Of a stretch of DNA of 64,000 bases, positions 18,319-27,623 are shown piece by piece. Below the pieces are notes generated by a model. That model ran no database searches. It had not been told where the DNA came from and was given only the letters and a program-made list of their open reading frames with translations. Numbering within the stretch: position 1 is the first letter of the stretch; each line of letters begins with the position of its first letter. The stretch is from a bacterium (lineage in GTDB: Bacteria > Patescibacteriota > Minisyncoccia > Phycocordibacterales > Phycocordibacteraceae). The position numbers were made by a program, and so were the translations under genes. The DNA lies in contig JAHFML010000001.1 in assembly GCA_023269085.1 (NCBI GenBank), positions 11,966 to 75,965 of the forward strand, read 5' to 3'.

Positions 18319-18795
18319 TTAATTAAGCATCCAGATCGAGAAGTTGAGATACGCCGCGAAGCTCACCCAGAGAATATATGGCACCAGAAGCCAAGCGGCT
18401 GGTTTGGAGATTTTAGCGAAAGCGATGATCGTGGCGAGAATGGCAAGCCAGAGGAAAATAATCTCAACAAGCGCACCGCCGGGAGAATGCAGACCGAAAA
18501 AGATAATTGACCAGAGCGTGTTCAACGCCAGCTGGCCGATAAATATGCCGAGAGCTATTTTCACATCTCTGCGCCCTACCCCCTTTCTCCAGACCAAGAA
18601 CGCCGCGATACCCATGAGCGCAAAGAGTGTCGTCCAAACCGGACCGAATACCCATGCTGGAGGATTGAGCGCCGGCCGAGCGAGCGTGGAATACCAGCCG
18701 GCAATGGATGGAGTTGTAAAGACCGAACCGATGATGCCGGCAAGCTCGGAAACGACAATGGCGATAATGAGTTTAAAGGTGTTGTTTATTTTCAT
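18319..18795 (-). CDS. tspO: TspO/MBR (tryptophan-rich sensory protein) family membrane protein
   Basis: GWYSTLARPALNPPAWVFGPVWTTL signature and 5 TM segments. Confidence 0.8.
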   Translation of the reverse strand: MKINNTFKLIIAIVVSELAGIIGSVFTTPSIAGWYSTLARPALNPPAWVFGPVWTTLFALMGIAAFLVWRKGVGRRDVKIALGIFIGQLALNTLWSIIFFGLHSPGGALVEIIFLWLAILATIIAFAKISKPAAWLLVPYILWVSFAAYLNFSIWMLN

Positions 18796-19063
18796 ATTTT
18801 TATTTTACAAACGCATCAGAAAAAATCATCTGCTCTTTGCCCTTTCTTGATTTATAAGCGGGTCTGTCCACTTTCGGAATATCCTTAATTTTTTGTCATG
18901 ATTGTTTTAATAAGTTCATCATAACAAACTGTCGGGCTCTTTTTCTGAAGGTATATTATCAAGCACTCTGCTCCGCATGGTCCGGGCGGTCAGGATAGCT
19001 TCGTGATGGCTATCATTGGAATTAGCAACGAGCTAATTCCAATCGGTTAGAGTTAGGGTAATT

Positions 19064-19810
19064 TCAGGTAGCGCTTCCCGTCGCAAGACTGGATTTGAAA
19101 TCAGTAAACAGCGCGTCGGGGCCGATTCCAAGAACAGATTCATACTGCCACCCGTTCTCGTCTGGCGTCGCGCCACGTTGCAACGCTGTGTAGAATTTGA
19201 AGTATGCTTCTTTGCCAAACCGAGTGATGAGGTAATCGGAAAAGAGCGCGGCGAGCGCGTAGTACTGGCGGGCAAAGTCGTCGGGCGTATCGAGCCACGC
19301 TTGATGCGAGACGAGAAGATCAGGCGAAAAAGTGAAGTGCTGATCGCTCATCGCCTCACGCACCGTACCGGTAAATGAATTGCCAAACCAGTCGTGCCCT
19401 ACCATTCGCTCGGCGAGCCCTTCTTGGATGAAGCCGACGGCTAAGCCGAGCGGCAGCGAGAGGAGATGCATATCTTCGTGCGGACCGATGATGCGATGTT
19501 CTTCGGTATAGAGCGCGTGCACGGCGAAATCGGCATAGACGGATTGCGCGAACCATGGATTCCCCATCAGTCGCTTCTTTGTATCGGCGTCTGGATAGAA
19601 ATAATAGGAAATGCTACGTTCGGGTGCCGGCAGATTGAGAAAGTCGAGAATATCGACACATGCCTTCTCTTGCGTCTCTACGATATAGTCAATCTCTTTC
19701 TCAGCAAGTGAACCGGCAACGTAGTGGGAGCGGTAGTGCGGCGATTCGCGCACGATCCACGGCGCGGTCTTGAACGCTTCGATGTAGCCGGGCAGATGTT
19801 GCTCAAACAT
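19064..19810 (-). CDS. Hypothetical protein with an HExxH motif (GPHEDMHLL), a possible metallohydrolase
   Basis: Start taken at MFEQHLPGYIEAF. The upstream part of the track ORF is unlikely to be coding. Confidence 0.35.
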   Translation of the reverse strand: MFEQHLPGYIEAFKTAPWIVRESPHYRSHYVAGSLAEKEIDYIVETQEKACVDILDFLNLPAPERSISYYFYPDADTKKRLMGNPWFAQSVYADFAVHALYTEEHRIIGPHEDMHLLSLPLGLAVGFIQEGLAERMVGHDWFGNSFTGTVREAMSDQHFTFSPDLLVSHQAWLDTPDDFARQYYALAALFSDYLITRFGKEAYFKFYTALQRGATPDENGWQYESVLGIGPDALFTDFKSSLATGSAT

Positions 19811-20159
19811 GAAAAGACTCTGGCATAGAGAACGGCCGCACCCGTATCGCCAACACGCCCTGCTTCTGCTCATCTTCGCGTGAATAGTATTGGTACATGG
19901 CCGAATACTCTTCTCTGCTCGCGCGTCCATACTGCTCGGGCGGGAATGCCGCATAGAGTTCTTGGAAGGTTGCAAATTGCAGGAGCTCCGATACTTCTGT
20001 CTCAATCTTTTGCTCTGGATCAGTCGCGAGTGAGAATTCTATCTCGTCGCCCACCTTCAGGAGCTGGCGCTTCTCGTCGTTGAGCCGAGCTTCAATCGTC
20101 TTACTCCCCTCTCGCATCTTCTCAAACTGATCGGGCTGTAATTTCATTTGGTGCTTCAT
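19803..20159 (-). CDS. ASCH (PUA-like) domain protein
   Basis: KTIEARLNDEKR...VGDEIEF pattern typical of ASCH. 118 aa. Confidence 0.55.
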   Translation of the reverse strand: MKHQMKLQPDQFEKMREGSKTIEARLNDEKRQLLKVGDEIEFSLATDPEQKIETEVSELLQFATFQELYAAFPPEQYGRASREEYSAMYQYYSREDEQKQGVLAIRVRPFSMPESFHV

Positions 20160-20222
20160 GTTGCGACTATTCTATATCAAAACCTGATCCCCGCCTCACC
20201 AACATAGTGGACGGGGACAAGA

Positions 20223-20789
20223 TTAAATATTCATACTTTGGTTGCGGAGATTCGTTTTAACTTCCTTATAGTTAGGAAGCATCTTGCCAACAAGACTCCA
20301 AAACTTCTTTGAATGATTGAATTCGCGCAGATGGCATAACTCATGGACGATCACATAGTCACGAGCGTCCATGGGCAGAAAGAGTATCTTGTAATTGAAA
20401 TTAAGATTCCCTCTCTTTGAGCAACTTCCCCACCGAGTCTTCTGATTTTTAATGTTGATCTGACTGAAGCTGAACTGGTAGATAGTATTAAAGTAATTTA
20501 CTCGTTCTACTGCGAGCGCATATGCTTCGTCCTTATATTTCAAGTAATCAGCCTTGCTATGACGAGCGACCGCCTTCCCGCTGAACTGTTTGAAGAACGC
20601 AATCTTTTTGAAAAGCCAGTCTGTCTTCTCTCGAATAAACTTTTCGACAACCGTCTCCTTGAGATCAAAGGGCGACGTGACCACAATCGTACCGTCACAA
20701 TATACTGCGAGACGCATCCTGCGAGCGCGATGACTTTTCCGAAGTGTATAGGTGATCTTTTTATCCTGAAGAGCTATTTGTTTCTCCAT
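20223..20789 (-). CDS. DUF45/YgjP-like zinc metallopeptidase (M48-like), the kind often linked to type I R-M loci
   Basis: WGSCS...YVIVHELCHLREFNHSKKFW signature. Lies immediately downstream of hsdR. Confidence 0.75.
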   Translation of the reverse strand: MEKQIALQDKKITYTLRKSHRARRMRLAVYCDGTIVVTSPFDLKETVVEKFIREKTDWLFKKIAFFKQFSGKAVARHSKADYLKYKDEAYALAVERVNYFNTIYQFSFSQINIKNQKTRWGSCSKRGNLNFNYKILFLPMDARDYVIVHELCHLREFNHSKKFWSLVGKMLPNYKEVKTNLRNQSMNI

Positions 20790-20791
20790 GA

Positions 20792-23698
20792 TTAGAATTT
20801 CTTCATTACAATATCGACCAAACGATTGAGATATTTGTGGAAGTCACTGACCTGAATACGATCCCGATACTCCTTAAGAACCAGCTCCTGCACGATGCGC
20901 TTCACCTCTTTCAAGAATTCATCGCGCTTGGATGACTCCTGCCATCCCTCGTCGAGAATATTTTCGAGACGATTGGTCATGTCCTTGATGAATTCACGAA
21001 CAATATCTTTATCTCCCCCAACGAACTCCGTCGAAACGACATAGAGACCGTACTCCTTGAGTGAATACCCGAGCTCTTTAGCTTCATCGCCTTTCTTCTT
21101 TATGTCGGCAAGGAGCTCCTGATACCGCTTGATGCGTTCCGAGAGATCAATCTGGTGCTGCTCGAATTCTTTGCGGATTAATCCCAGACGCTCACTGAAC
21201 TTTTTATACGCCGGATTCGTGTCTATGTTGATTGAGATCTCTTGTTTGAGCATCTTCTCGAGATTGAGTGCTTTCTCTTCGTCATCCATCTTGTTGAGCC
21301 GCTCCATGACATAGAGATCATTCACATTGAGCTCGCGGAAGTTCTTGGTGATACCTTCGTAATCAACGCGTTGCTGTATGAGTAGCTTCACCTTCTCCCC
21401 ATACTCCGCGAGAAGTTCAGCATCTGACATCTTCTCGCTGTACTCCTTTTCGAAGGCGAGATAAACGCTCGTAAGCCACTCGAATGTTCGCACAGACTCT
21501 TTCAAGAAAGGATCCGGCGAAAGAATCTCAAACAGAAGTTTGAGCCGTGCATATTTGCCCCGGAAGAACTTCTGCTTGTCGAGATTCTCTGCAAAGATCT
21601 TGAGACATCGACGCAAGTTATCAATAGACGGATCTTCGATATTAATGCCCGTAAAGATATCCATGGTCTCTCTAAGCACCTCGATAAATTCTTCTTTGAG
21701 TTTATCGATATTGAGCATCGCCGAATCAACGATACTCTCGTCAAAATTGAGTGCTTGATAGAGACTCTTGGTAATGCCGTAATAGTCGATGACCTTCCCT
21801 GCCCCCTTGTTTGGATAGACCCGATTGGTGCGCGCAATCGCTTGGAGCAGATTGTGATCCCAAAGCGGCTTGTCGAGATACATCACTTGTTCAACTGGCG
21901 CGTCAAAACCAGTCAGAAGCATGTCGCAGACGAGCAAGAATTTGAGTGAGCTGGTTGGGTTCTTGAATTCGTTGATTATCTTCTCACGCTTCGCCTTTGT
22001 CGTATTGTACTTACGCAAGTCCTCTGAATCCGTATTCGGGTCACCCGGCGAATAAACCACTTCTGACCATTCCTTCGGTACCAGTTGGTCGAATAACTTT
22101 TTATACTTTGCGACTGCCTCGCGGTCATAACAAACAACCTGCGCTTTGAATCCAGACGGCTCTACATACAGACGGTAATGCTCGACAATGTCCCGAGCCA
22201 CCGCCTCCATACGTCGGTCGAGCTTCACGATTGCTTCTTTCTTTCCATACTTCTTTGCCACCACATCACGCTCCTTATCTGAAAGGTCGGTCGTTAGCTC
22301 TTCGAACTGCTTATCGAGCTTCTCGTCATCAATAAAGAATTTAGAAAGCCGCGCTTCGTAGGTCACAGGGAGCGTTGCGCCATCATCGATAGCTTGTTGG
22401 ATGGAATAGTAATCCAAGTATCGCTCTCCTTCTTCTCCGAAGTTGCGGTGCGTATTGAGAGTAACTCGATCGATCGGAGTACCAGTGAAGCCAAAGAAGA
22501 ACGCATTCTTCATCGCGCTTCGCAGATTGATAGCCGACACGCCCTCGTTGTCGCGATGCGCTTCATCCGAGAGCACGATGACATTCTCATCGAGATTCTC
22601 GATATCCTTACCAAGTTCCGAGAACTTCTGGATAGTCGTGATGAAAACTCCACGCTCCGGTGACTGTATTTTCTTCTCCAAATCAGCTCGCGACTCCACC
22701 CGAACCACATTTTTACCGCCGCAATTGACGAAGGTCTCATATATCTGGTCATCAAGATCAATGCGGTCGACGAGAATGAATACCTTCGGATTCTTGAGCT
22801 CTTTGTTGTAGCGGAGCTTCCATGCGGTGAAGAACATGGTGAGCGACTTCCCCGAGCCTTGGGTATGCCAGATGAGCCCGCGCTTTTTATCTCCTTCAAG
22901 CACCCGCTCGACAATCTTGTTGGTAGCCCGCAATTGCTGATATCGCGCGATCTTCTTGATCGTCTGTTCCTTCTCCTTCTCGAAGAGAATAAAGTTCTGA
23001 ATGATATCCAGAAGTCGCTCCTTCTCAAGAAGCGAGACGAGTGTCGCCTCAAGATTCCCTTCTTCAGATTTCTCAAGTTCATCATCTTTCCATTCCAAGA
23101 AGTACTGCACTGGCGCATAAGTTGCTCCATACACTGTCTTCAATCCGTCAGTCGCTACATTGAAACAGTTTGGCCAAAAGAGTTTAAACGCGTTCCGCTC
23201 GTAACGCTTGATCTGTCCGACTGCGTTTGCATAATCCACATTAGTTGCAGCTGTAGGGCTCTTGGCCTCTATATCGACTACTGGCAAGCCGTTCAGAAAT
23301 ATCATTATGTCCGGGCGGATGTTTTCGGAATTACCCTCAAAATAGAACTGATTAGTGACGACGAAGTGATTATTGGCAGGAGTAGTAAAATCTACGATGA
23401 AGTAGTCGCGCATTTTGCCCGTCTGCGGATCCTTGAGATTTACCCCATTGCGCATGACATTCAAGAACGCCTCATTGTTATCGACCTTCTTCACCTCGCG
23501 CACTACCGAAAGTGCCTCGTCATCTTCAATTCCGTTTATCTTCTTCACCGCTTCGAGCAAAAGCGATGTAATGATGTATTCATTCTCAAACTCGCGCAAT
23601 TTCGCAAATTCCGTAGGCACAACATATTCGTATCCCAAACGCTCCCGAAGAAACTTCAGGATATGATTCTCGACCGTGTATTGTTCGTTGAATTTCAT
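20792..23698 (-). CDS. hsdR: Type I restriction enzyme R subunit (HsdR)
   Basis: 968 aa. Walker A HTQGSGKSLTM and DEAH box (LSDEAHR). N-terminal nuclease region. Helicase motifs. Confidence 0.9.
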   Translation of the reverse strand: MKFNEQYTVENHILKFLRERLGYEYVVPTEFAKLREFENEYIITSLLLEAVKKINGIEDDEALSVVREVKKVDNNEAFLNVMRNGVNLKDPQTGKMRDYFIVDFTTPANNHFVVTNQFYFEGNSENIRPDIMIFLNGLPVVDIEAKSPTAATNVDYANAVGQIKRYERNAFKLFWPNCFNVATDGLKTVYGATYAPVQYFLEWKDDELEKSEEGNLEATLVSLLEKERLLDIIQNFILFEKEKEQTIKKIARYQQLRATNKIVERVLEGDKKRGLIWHTQGSGKSLTMFFTAWKLRYNKELKNPKVFILVDRIDLDDQIYETFVNCGGKNVVRVESRADLEKKIQSPERGVFITTIQKFSELGKDIENLDENVIVLSDEAHRDNEGVSAINLRSAMKNAFFFGFTGTPIDRVTLNTHRNFGEEGERYLDYYSIQQAIDDGATLPVTYEARLSKFFIDDEKLDKQFEELTTDLSDKERDVVAKKYGKKEAIVKLDRRMEAVARDIVEHYRLYVEPSGFKAQVVCYDREAVAKYKKLFDQLVPKEWSEVVYSPGDPNTDSEDLRKYNTTKAKREKIINEFKNPTSSLKFLLVCDMLLTGFDAPVEQVMYLDKPLWDHNLLQAIARTNRVYPNKGAGKVIDYYGITKSLYQALNFDESIVDSAMLNIDKLKEEFIEVLRETMDIFTGINIEDPSIDNLRRCLKIFAENLDKQKFFRGKYARLKLLFEILSPDPFLKESVRTFEWLTSVYLAFEKEYSEKMSDAELLAEYGEKVKLLIQQRVDYEGITKNFRELNVNDLYVMERLNKMDDEEKALNLEKMLKQEISINIDTNPAYKKFSERLGLIRKEFEQHQIDLSERIKRYQELLADIKKKGDEAKELGYSLKEYGLYVVSTEFVGGDKDIVREFIKDMTNRLENILDEGWQESSKRDEFLKEVKRIVQELVLKEYRDRIQVSDFHKYLNRLVDIVMKKF

Positions 23699-23704
23699 AT
23701 TCGT

Positions 23705-24595
23705 TTATTTCTTCTGTCCATTTCTTAAGATGACAAAACGTATTAGCGAGCCGGTCATGCTAACTACCATCTCCGAATCGTCTCTGTTAAATTCTTTGCA
23801 TGTACCGTGCTTTATTTCATCCATCCAGTTGCGTAAGTTTTTGAAAAGTTCTTTTTGATGACCATTCAATCCTAGAGCTTTTGAGTCGGTCTTGTCTGAT
23901 ATATGCTTAAAACCTTTTTCTCTTTTGCCAGATACTGATTTTACCAACTCATCGCAAGCCGTGTACATGTCCTCAATAACATCTTTGTAGTGCGCTTGTG
24001 TCTTCGCTGTCAAAAATTCCTTTAGCCCATTTTCAAAATGAGAAAGAACGTGTTCAAATCTTTCGTCCGTCTCTAGTAATCCAAGGGTATTTTTAATATC
24101 CGTCTCAAATTTCTTTGAAGTAGTTGGCAAGATCTGTGGCGCTTTTCGTTTATAGATCTTTATGGTCACCCCTAGCATAGGAAAATCATTGAGATATTTT
24201 TCTATACGTTTCGCAAGTTGATCTAATTCAGCTCGCACAAAATCATGTTCTGCTACAACATTCAGCAATACTTGTAATCGCAACAAATATTCTTCGAAAG
24301 ATCCTGAGAAACGGTCTGATATCTCACCGTCAATCATTCGCTTCAATCCAGATGAATAATCTGTGCCATACCAATCGTCGATATCAAAAAATAACTGGCG
24401 ACACACTTCATCTAATATAGCCGACTGAAGTTCCCAGAGTTTTGTACTGTCTTGATACACACTAGGAGAGATGATCGGCCCCAATGCATCGATGATTTCA
24501 CCCTTTAAATATTTCTTGCACCCGACTCGAACACTCTCAATATTGAGTTTGAGTCCAAAGCGGGAATATAAATCTTGATTTGTATTATTGTTCAT
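23705..24595 (-). CDS. Hypothetical 296-aa protein embedded between hsdS and hsdR
   Basis: Translationally coupled with hsdS (ATGA overlap). Lys/Glu-rich and helical. No motif recognised by eye. Its position suggests a defence or abortive-infection passenger. Confidence 0.5.
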   Translation of the reverse strand: MNNNTNQDLYSRFGLKLNIESVRVGCKKYLKGEIIDALGPIISPSVYQDSTKLWELQSAILDEVCRQLFFDIDDWYGTDYSSGLKRMIDGEISDRFSGSFEEYLLRLQVLLNVVAEHDFVRAELDQLAKRIEKYLNDFPMLGVTIKIYKRKAPQILPTTSKKFETDIKNTLGLLETDERFEHVLSHFENGLKEFLTAKTQAHYKDVIEDMYTACDELVKSVSGKREKGFKHISDKTDSKALGLNGHQKELFKNLRNWMDEIKHGTCKEFNRDDSEMVVSMTGSLIRFVILRNGQKK

Positions 24596-25809
24596 ACTTT
24601 TACTCTTTGCTTTCCACTCAACAAATCCTGCATCAGACCTTTTTTCAGTCCTGTGAGTTTTTCCTTCAACTCCTGATTGATCGTCATTTTATCGTCAACC
24701 GATGAAAGCACTTCGGAGATTTTCTTAATCTCATCAATGTTTGATGGCTTCGGAATTGGAATGGAGAACAGCCTATCCTTGTTGAGTTTTGGTTGAGCCA
24801 TGCCAGTTAGAAAAGGCTCGAGATTGATCATATTCAGATAGTCTTGTATATACTTCTGAAGAAATCGATCTTCAAACCTTTGAAGGTGTGCATGATTATT
24901 TACCCAATATTTTCCAATAGCAGTAAAAGCAATCGGGTAATTCCTATCTTTTAGATTCGCGCCATCTTCTGAAATCAAGAGCAACTCTTCATCAAATATA
25001 TAGTCGCCAACATAATCCACAATTCCTGTTGCCCCATAATAAGGATAAGATCCTGATTCACGCTTTGATTTGGTAATAGGAATTCGCTTGTTATCTAGAT
25101 TAGATGAAATATCATTTAGGTTCACAATTTCCCAATCTCTTGGAATCTCACCGATCTCAGTTTTCTTATATTTTGTATGGCCAATGCCTTTGGTAAAAAG
25201 TTGCTGTGTCAGTCCGTGCTTGAGCTTTTTGGTCATAGCAATAATCTCGTCAGTTTTCTGAATTTCTTCATCGACAGAGGTGAGAATCTCAGCAATCTTC
25301 TTTTGTTCCTGCTTGGACTCTGGGAAGAGTATGCTTACTCCCAGAAAATCGTGCTTGGATAGATTAAAACGTGTACTACCTTTTGCATGCGCAGCAATTT
25401 CTTTCCTGAAGACAGACCCTCTGAAAAGGTAGCCTCCGAAAGTTGGATCGAGCAGGTCCTTCTCGGGACGGAATATGAAACAGAAACTGTTCAAATACAA
25501 TTCCACTGGGTCCGAGACCACAGCGGAAGACATTCCGACCTCCTCCGGAGTTTCAGAGCTGGTCGTAAAAATATAGTCCCCATACCGTATCTGATTTTGT
25601 CTCTCTCCATCTTTTATCTCCACGAGGTTAGTAAAATCTTTGTCAAGATGAGGATTACGAAAGACATTCATGTATGGAATGAATGGTCTTCCACTACCAA
25701 AATCTTTCTTAGATTTCCCAGTAAGACCTCCTAAGGTATTACCTAGATCCTCAAGCTTTACTCGTTTCCACTGTGGAGGAACGTTGCGTTGTGAAAGTTT
25801 ACTACTCAT
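24592..25809 (-). CDS. hsdS: Type I R-M specificity subunit (HsdS)
   Basis: Two target-recognition domains separated by conserved helical spacers. Start taken at MSSKLSQRN. Confidence 0.8.
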   Translation of the reverse strand: MSSKLSQRNVPPQWKRVKLEDLGNTLGGLTGKSKKDFGSGRPFIPYMNVFRNPHLDKDFTNLVEIKDGERQNQIRYGDYIFTTSSETPEEVGMSSAVVSDPVELYLNSFCFIFRPEKDLLDPTFGGYLFRGSVFRKEIAAHAKGSTRFNLSKHDFLGVSILFPESKQEQKKIAEILTSVDEEIQKTDEIIAMTKKLKHGLTQQLFTKGIGHTKYKKTEIGEIPRDWEIVNLNDISSNLDNKRIPITKSKRESGSYPYYGATGIVDYVGDYIFDEELLLISEDGANLKDRNYPIAFTAIGKYWVNNHAHLQRFEDRFLQKYIQDYLNMINLEPFLTGMAQPKLNKDRLFSIPIPKPSNIDEIKKISEVLSSVDDKMTINQELKEKLTGLKKGLMQDLLSGKQRVKV

Positions 25810-27616
25810 CTTTAAATTCAATCTCGGTGAAGAGCGCCTTGATGTTCGCTTTTGTGCCATCACTCAACGTAACTTCCCCGGCCCTTGCCTTCTGAAGAAA
25901 CTTGCGTGCAAGCAAAACCTTATCGGGCTTCGGGTTCAGATTCTTGATGTATTCAGAATTTGCGGAAGTATAGACCAGAGACTCGTCTTCCATAACATAA
26001 TTCTTAAAATCCTCTGGGCTGAATATGTCCGCAATGGTTGATCCGTCTTTTTTGAGAACCGTCTTGATGGCATCAGGCAGAACTTTCCATGCCTTCAAGT
26101 TTTTGACCCCATCTTTCTTCCCTTGATCATTATCAAAAAGATAATGTACATCTGCGCCCCACCCCTCCAATATTGTTCCCACGATGCCCATGTTTGGAGC
26201 ACCACCACCATTTATAAAGTTGGTTTTAAGATCTTTCTTTTCAAGCTCCTTGAAAGCACGAAGAAAGAATACATCCTCTGGACCTTCTACGACCACGTTG
26301 TCCTTCTGATCGAGATTGGTGATCGAGTCATTAATGCCGAGGCCGATTGCAGTAAGGATAGGAGTGAGTGTTTCCTTATCAGCAGTCGGGTGTGCATGTA
26401 TCTTCCCCAAGATCTTAGTGCCCGTCCCATCTGAAGGCTTCTCGACGAGCCTGATGTTCTCGAGGTTGTCTTCGGTAATAAGGTAAGGGGAATGTGTGGA
26501 GAAGACGACTGGATTTTCATTCGTGTGTGCCAACAAAACCTGAAGAAGGTCTTTCTGTGCTTTTGCATGCAGGTAAAGTCCCGGTTCATCAATTAGTATG
26601 ACGTTGGGTTTATCTTCCTGAAGCCTTGCAACAATCTTCACGTAAAATGACAAGTACCACTGCTGACCCTTACTTCGTTGTGACGGATAGTAAAGTTTGT
26701 TATTTTCAACGATCCAGAAGTTTATGTCGGTGCCGTCTTTCTTCACCTGTAACTTTATCTTGTCTTGAGTCCAATATTTATCGAACTTCTCCGAGAAGTC
26801 GACGTTTACGGAAGTCTCGTGATTTACTTGCTCTTGTTGATTGGTCGAGGCCATCTTTGCGGTCGAGAAATTACTGACATGCTCAAGATCTTGAGCCCAT
26901 TCATTCGATGTAAGTGAGGCGATTGGGATTGATTTCGGGAACTCATCATCAAAAGATGAGAAGAGAACAAAATATGGCAACTGTGATTTTACAAACTCTG
27001 CAACAAAATCTGTCACGAGCTTCTCCTGAGCGTAGTAATCGTCAGACATTTTTTCTATCATGATCACTTCGGCGACTACATCTGTAAGGCCCGCATTCTG
27101 GGACTTAAAAGTTACAACTTCTGTCTTAAAATCACTAAGTTTCTTTTTTTCGAGGTTTGGAAACTTAACACCGGCTCCTGAGGATTTGATCAGAGCATCT
27201 ATCTTCTTGATAGACTCTTGGATCTGTTTCTTGGAGATTTCATAAATATTTGGGAGATTAATTTGCTTACGTGACTCTGGATCAACGATATACGTCGTGA
27301 CTCCGAATTTCTTGGTTAATGTAATTACTGCATCCTTTGTAACGGTTTTATCAGTACCGATAGCCTTAAGAATTTCATTCGTCTCAGAGTCCGGAAGAAC
27401 AAAAGTGATGGATATCTCTGGAACACCTTCGCCATCTATTGGTTTGGCTTCCTGTCTGATAGTTTTATCTTGATGGAAATCCTCCAATGCTTCCAAAACA
27501 GATGTCTTTCCGGATTCATTCTTACCGGCAAGAATGGTCAGTTTCTCGCTGAAATAACAGTCGCCTGAATCAACAATAGACTTATAGTGCTTGATTCTAA
27601 ATTTGGTGAGTTTCAT
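25802..27616 (-). CDS. OLD-family ATP-dependent endonuclease-like protein (N-terminal ABC-type ATPase, C-terminal TOPRIM)
   Basis: Walker A LAGKNESGKTSVLEAL. Walker B/D-loop ILIDEPGLYLH. TOPRIM-like VVVEGPEDVFFL...LFDNDQG. 604 aa, located between hsdM and hsdS. Confidence 0.65.
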   Translation of the reverse strand: MKLTKFRIKHYKSIVDSGDCYFSEKLTILAGKNESGKTSVLEALEDFHQDKTIRQEAKPIDGEGVPEISITFVLPDSETNEILKAIGTDKTVTKDAVITLTKKFGVTTYIVDPESRKQINLPNIYEISKKQIQESIKKIDALIKSSGAGVKFPNLEKKKLSDFKTEVVTFKSQNAGLTDVVAEVIMIEKMSDDYYAQEKLVTDFVAEFVKSQLPYFVLFSSFDDEFPKSIPIASLTSNEWAQDLEHVSNFSTAKMASTNQQEQVNHETSVNVDFSEKFDKYWTQDKIKLQVKKDGTDINFWIVENNKLYYPSQRSKGQQWYLSFYVKIVARLQEDKPNVILIDEPGLYLHAKAQKDLLQVLLAHTNENPVVFSTHSPYLITEDNLENIRLVEKPSDGTGTKILGKIHAHPTADKETLTPILTAIGLGINDSITNLDQKDNVVVEGPEDVFFLRAFKELEKKDLKTNFINGGGAPNMGIVGTILEGWGADVHYLFDNDQGKKDGVKNLKAWKVLPDAIKTVLKKDGSTIADIFSPEDFKNYVMEDESLVYTSANSEYIKNLNPKPDKVLLARKFLQKARAGEVTLSDGTKANIKALFTEIEFKDE

Positions 27617-27623
27617 AGACGCA

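Noticed and set aside
19017-19040. Hairpin ggaattagc-aacga-gctaattcc in the AT-rich spacer upstream of tspO
   Set aside because: Neither strand has a U-tract and there is no second copy. It is noted as a possible regulatory structure but is not supportable as a feature.
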